A DNA stretch of 63,402 bases, filler included, from Lenisia limosa (lineage: Eukaryota > Protista > Breviatea): NCBI GenBank assembly GCA_001655205.1. It is 13 parts of 13 records of this genome, joined end to end, with 100 filler letters (N's around TTAATTAATTAA, not from the genome) between each part and the next. Parts side by side here need not be neighbours in the genome. Positions count along the whole stretch, not along the records: positions 59,830 to 61,132 come from LPNZ01006229.1; positions 61,233 to 63,402 come from LPNZ01003842.1; 11 more parts are not named here. One strand, given 5' to 3'. Numbering within the stretch: the first letter of the stretch is position 1; every line of letters begins with the position of its first letter. Below the pieces are notes generated by a model. That model searched no databases and was not told the DNA's origin. It worked only from the letters and a program-made list of their open reading frames with translations. Both the position numbers and the translations under genes were made by a program. Of this stretch, positions 59,830 to 63,402 are shown in pieces.

Positions 59830-61132
59830 GACTCGGCAAAGGTCGACATGGATAGCTGGATCCTGGCCCCCGTGCCGCCGCCGCAGGTTCGCTTTCCCCT
59901 TTTTTAGGCCATGCTAAAACGTGCAAATAATGCCGCCTTTTTTCAGTATTTGATGCCACAGCACTAACCCCTCAACCCCTAAGGATCCAATATGATATCC
60001 CTGCTGTTTGTAGGACAACATCTCCCATTTGATCAAAACAATGTATCCCCCACACAAACAAAAGGAGCCAAGATCCTTCGCCTCCTGGAATCCCCTTATG
60101 GCACACTCCCAAATTATAAACAGTATTTAATGTACCTAGACACCAATATCCCTTCGTTTTACTGTCCTAGAGCAACATCCCCCACGGCCAGTCGCCGACG
60201 CCACTCTTTGCAAACTCGCGCTACAGCCCTTTTGCCCACCTCTCTTCTACACCATCTGCTCAGTTCCCTGCTAGTAAGCTGGCCACCCGACATTCTTATG
60301 GACCCCCCTTTCAGTTTCATTGCTACACTTGGAATAGTCATCCTCAATAATCCCCAATCATCCCCAATCATCCCCAATCATCCCCAATTAATCCTTGACC
60401 CAGCATAACCCCCTCTTACCCCTCTTACAGTCGGCGGCAACCCCGCGACACCCTTCATGCTCTCACCCACGACGCTGACGTCCATCATGAACGGCTCGGT
60501 CGCGGAGGTTGACAAGAGCGTTATCTCACCGGATATCGGCCATCTTGGCCAGCCCACACCGCGTGAACGGTGCGGGGGGGAGGGGGTATAGAGGAAACTG
60601 TGTGTGTGTGTGTGCGGATTGGGAGCTGGTTTTTGTGTCGTTTTCCCGTTTTCAACCCTCTTGTGCTTTTCAAATGATTTGTGTTTTTAAATAAAATTTC
60701 TAATTTTACTCCCCCCCCCCCCCNNNNNNNNNNNNNNNNNNNNNNNNNNNNNNNNNNNNNNNNNNNNNNNNNNNNNNNNNNNNNNNNNNNNNNNNNNNNN
60801 NNNNNNNNNNNNNNNNNNNNNNNNNNNNNNNNNNNNNNNNNNNNNNNNNNNNNNNNNNNNNNCGACTTCTCATTCTCGTCCTTCGACCTCATGGCCACCA
60901 CCACGCCGTCGCCGCTCGTTCCTCTGAACAGGGTTGGCGTGATGGTGGTGATAATGGTTGTGAAATATGTTGCAATATGTTGCAATATGGTGATGATAGA
61001 GGGTGGTGGGGGATGGTGATAATCGTTTTTTAACTGTCTCAAATATTTAGCTGACAGAGCTGCTGTTTCCTTCACTCCTCTAGACGAACCCTCAGGCCAA
61101 CATGCCAGCCAACAGCTCCACCCTCCGCGGCC
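59830..61132 (+). CDS. Ser/Pro/Thr-rich protein fragment, probably a disordered region
   Basis: In-phase exons DSAKVDMDSWILAPVPPPQ|SNIPHGQSPTPLFANSRYSPFAHLSSTPSAQFPA|IGGNPATPFMLSPTTLTSIMNGSV...|DFSFSSFDLMATTTPSPLVPLNR. Confidence 0.5.
60346..60389. repeat. 10-bp tandem repeat (AATCATCCCC, about 4 copies)
   Basis: Seen directly; intronic. Confidence 0.85.
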
Positions 61133-61548
61133 NNNNNNNNNNNNNNNNNNNNNNNNNNNNNNNNNNNNNNNNNNNNTTAATTAATTAANNNNNNNNNNNN
61201 NNNNNNNNNNNNNNNNNNNNNNNNNNNNNNNNGGGCATTAGCCGGTCCCTCCACAATCAACATCAAAACACAGCACCGCTCATTGAGTATAAAATACACT
61301 TGTTATGTTAAGGCTTCCCGATATTTAAACGATCTTTTTAGGACCGTGGGAATGCCCTAGTTATGATATGTTAATATCTACCAGTTACCACCAATGTTTC
61401 CCCTACCCACACTGAAGAGTAAGCCGGGCTTCCTTACGGTCCGAGTAAAATATCGATATTTTTCGAATTTTTTTGAGAGGCAAGTCTTTTTTGGGAGTAA
61501 AGAAGAAGCCCCATCCCCCACATTAGAATTAAGCCACCCCCCCCCAAC

Positions 61549-63090
61549 TGAGGAGTAAGCCATTGGAGGCCTGAAGCAGAAGGCGATGTGGAGTATCCGA
61601 TTTTCAAGTCAAAGGTCTCACCCTTCTTCATTTCTAAGTTTTTGATTGAGGGCGAAAAACAAAACAAAATCAGGGAGTGTTGATTATATAGTAATATATA
61701 TCATCTGGTAAAAAAAAAAAGTATTGGTATTAATGTGTAAAGATGAGAAACAAAAAAGGGAGTATCTGACCAAAACCGTTCACTCCATTACGCTTTTAAG
61801 AGATTATAGAGCAAGCCTATGACTCCGAACACATAACTTTCTGTGTGTCTTCCATTTTATTATATCACCAATGCCAAAGCCACATTTCAGGTGATGGAAC
61901 TGCTTCACACTCAAGGCATTCCCCCTTTTCCCACTCCTCCAAAAACAACAACAACAACAAAAAAAAAAAAAAAAAAAANNNNNNNNNNNNNNNNNNNNNN
62001 NNNNNNNNNNNNNNNNNNNCCCAGCCCAAAACACAATATAATAAGAAAACCCAACAATAAAAACCCAACAGAAAATAGAGAAACGCCAAAGAGAAAATTC
62101 AGACAATAGAGACAATTCAAAATCTCACTTTGAGGCAGCTGTACTGCAAGACGCGAGGCGAAAGTCTTGTTTTTCGTCATTTCAAACTGGGGAGGTAAAA
62201 ATGGAAATTTATGAAACGAAAAGCCCAAAATCAACTCTGCTGGTTAGCATTTGAGAAACTGCGGTGGGGGGAGCAAAATTGGAAAAACTATGAAACAAAA
62301 AATAAAAAACAGACAACAAAACAAAGCCCAAAATCAACTCTGCTGGCTAGTGAAGTAAAGATGGTAGAAATGATGGGAAGATTATAAAGATGAAGTTGAA
62401 GACGGTATTTCGAGGTTTTATCAAGGGATTCCAGTTTTGTTAAGACTGCAGTGGGAAAGCCCAAGTTCCCAAACCTTGCATTCGTCATCCTTCATTTGAG
62501 CATACTCAACATTCAGATTCTCAGCATCTAACACAACCTGAAATGTTAAGGAAATCTGGAGAAAGAAATAATAATAAAAAAAAGATAATTATAGTTGAAG
62601 CACACACATGTGTTTTTTCAAGAAATAAAAAAGGGTTTCCGAACGAAAACATCCATTGTGTTTATAATACTGATCTAGTGCTTATGGTATAGTCCATAAT
62701 ATTAATTCATTCAATCATTGCCATATAGCTCAAAATTAATTCACCCAATTATTATCTATTATATCAGTTGTGGCTAAAAAAATATAGTCAAAACAAACTT
62801 CAAATGATTATATCTATTCTAGATGGAAAATATGACTCTGGTATATACAAGCCCCGAGCAGCAATAAGTCCTAACACGGATATGAAGCTCTCAATCAATC
62901 AAATCGTGATTTATCGCGGTCAGTGTATGGACATATATTACATACATATCACAATAGTATGTCGAAAGAAGAAATGAAAAGAGTAGCCACAAATGCAATG
63001 CAATATGTATGTTTTATTGTTCTATAATGAACCCACCTGGGAAACGTCATTCTCAGCAATGAACGAGAGGATTACGCTTCCGACGACACT
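61549..63090 (-). CDS. LTA4H: Leukotriene A4 hydrolase-like M1 aminopeptidase, N-terminal fragment
   Basis: SVVGSVILSFIAENDVSQ|VVLDAENLNVEYAQMKDDECK|FEMTKNKTFASRLAVQLPQ|KMKKGETFDLKIGYSTSPSASGLQWLTPQ matches LTA4H LVLDTKDL...ISFETSPKSSALQWLTPEQT. Confidence 0.85.
62186..62350 (-). repeat. Two tandem family A elements, each ending in C-run+AG
   Basis: Sense reading: CCAGCAGAGTTGATTTTGGGCTTTG...TTTCATAGTTTTTCCAATTTTGCTCCCCCCACCGCAG, then CCAGCAGAGTTGATTTTGGGCTTTTCGTTTCATAAATTTCCATTTTTACCTCCCCAG followed by the exon. Confidence 0.85.
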
Positions 63091-63402
63091 CTGAAGAAAA
63101 TTAAACAGACAAATCACTCCACTCCAAAGGGAGTTAATCACCCAAAAGGGTTTAATCACTCAAAAGGGATTTCATCAAAGGGAATTAATCAGAAATGTTA
63201 TTGTTTACTGCTTCAGAAGGAAACCTAATTTGGTCTGTCAAAGGGTTGGTTAAATGTACAGAAAATCAAACAAAATATTGATATTGCTCAAGGATTTATC
63301 GAGACCCCCCCTCTCTAAGTAACCTCTCTCAATATATCATAGTTTACATATACATATATACATGTATATAAATACCCACACACACATACACACACTCACA
63401 AT

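Noticed and set aside
1-63402. tRNA, rRNA, snRNA genes, CRISPR arrays, operons
   Set aside because: None was recognised by eye. The sequence is intron-containing eukaryotic DNA, and tRNAscan-SE or Infernal would be needed to exclude small RNAs.

Overview
This is intron-rich eukaryotic nuclear DNA (AT-rich, GT-AG introns, standard code), not a prokaryotic window. Gene content suggests a unicellular eukaryote, possibly amoebozoan, but that is inference only. The window is a mosaic: 12 artificial 100-bp joins (44 N + TTAATTAATTAA + 44 N) concatenate separate scaffolds, so gene neighbourhoods across joins cannot be trusted and many genes are fragments. Genes were assembled by eye from splice signals and reading phase. 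They include a DRAM/TMEM150-like protein, a 3-TM KCNMB-like protein with a long Met/Gly/Gln/Asn low-complexity tail, a PLAC8-like protein and a stand-alone response-regulator receiver protein. The largest is an integrin beta with at least 11 Cys-rich EGF repeats, cut off at a join. Others are a divergent NOL10/Enp2-like gene, a DUF11-repeat surface protein, an acetyl-CoA hydrolase/CoA-transferase 3' end, an H-type-lectin-like gene, an ankyrin gene, a CFAP61 fragment, an LTA4H-like M1 aminopeptidase and several hypothetical genes. Repeats include a degenerate Tc1 transposase and several MITE-like inverted-repeat families. The most unusual signals are in the introns. One is a repeated element that, in every copy I could orient, lies in the sense orientation of its host gene and usually supplies the pyrimidine tract and 3' splice region (introner-like). 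The other is a polarised pattern of G-runs just after donors and C-runs just before acceptors. I recognised no tRNA, rRNA or CRISPR array. All exon boundaries and family calls are manual and unverified by database search.
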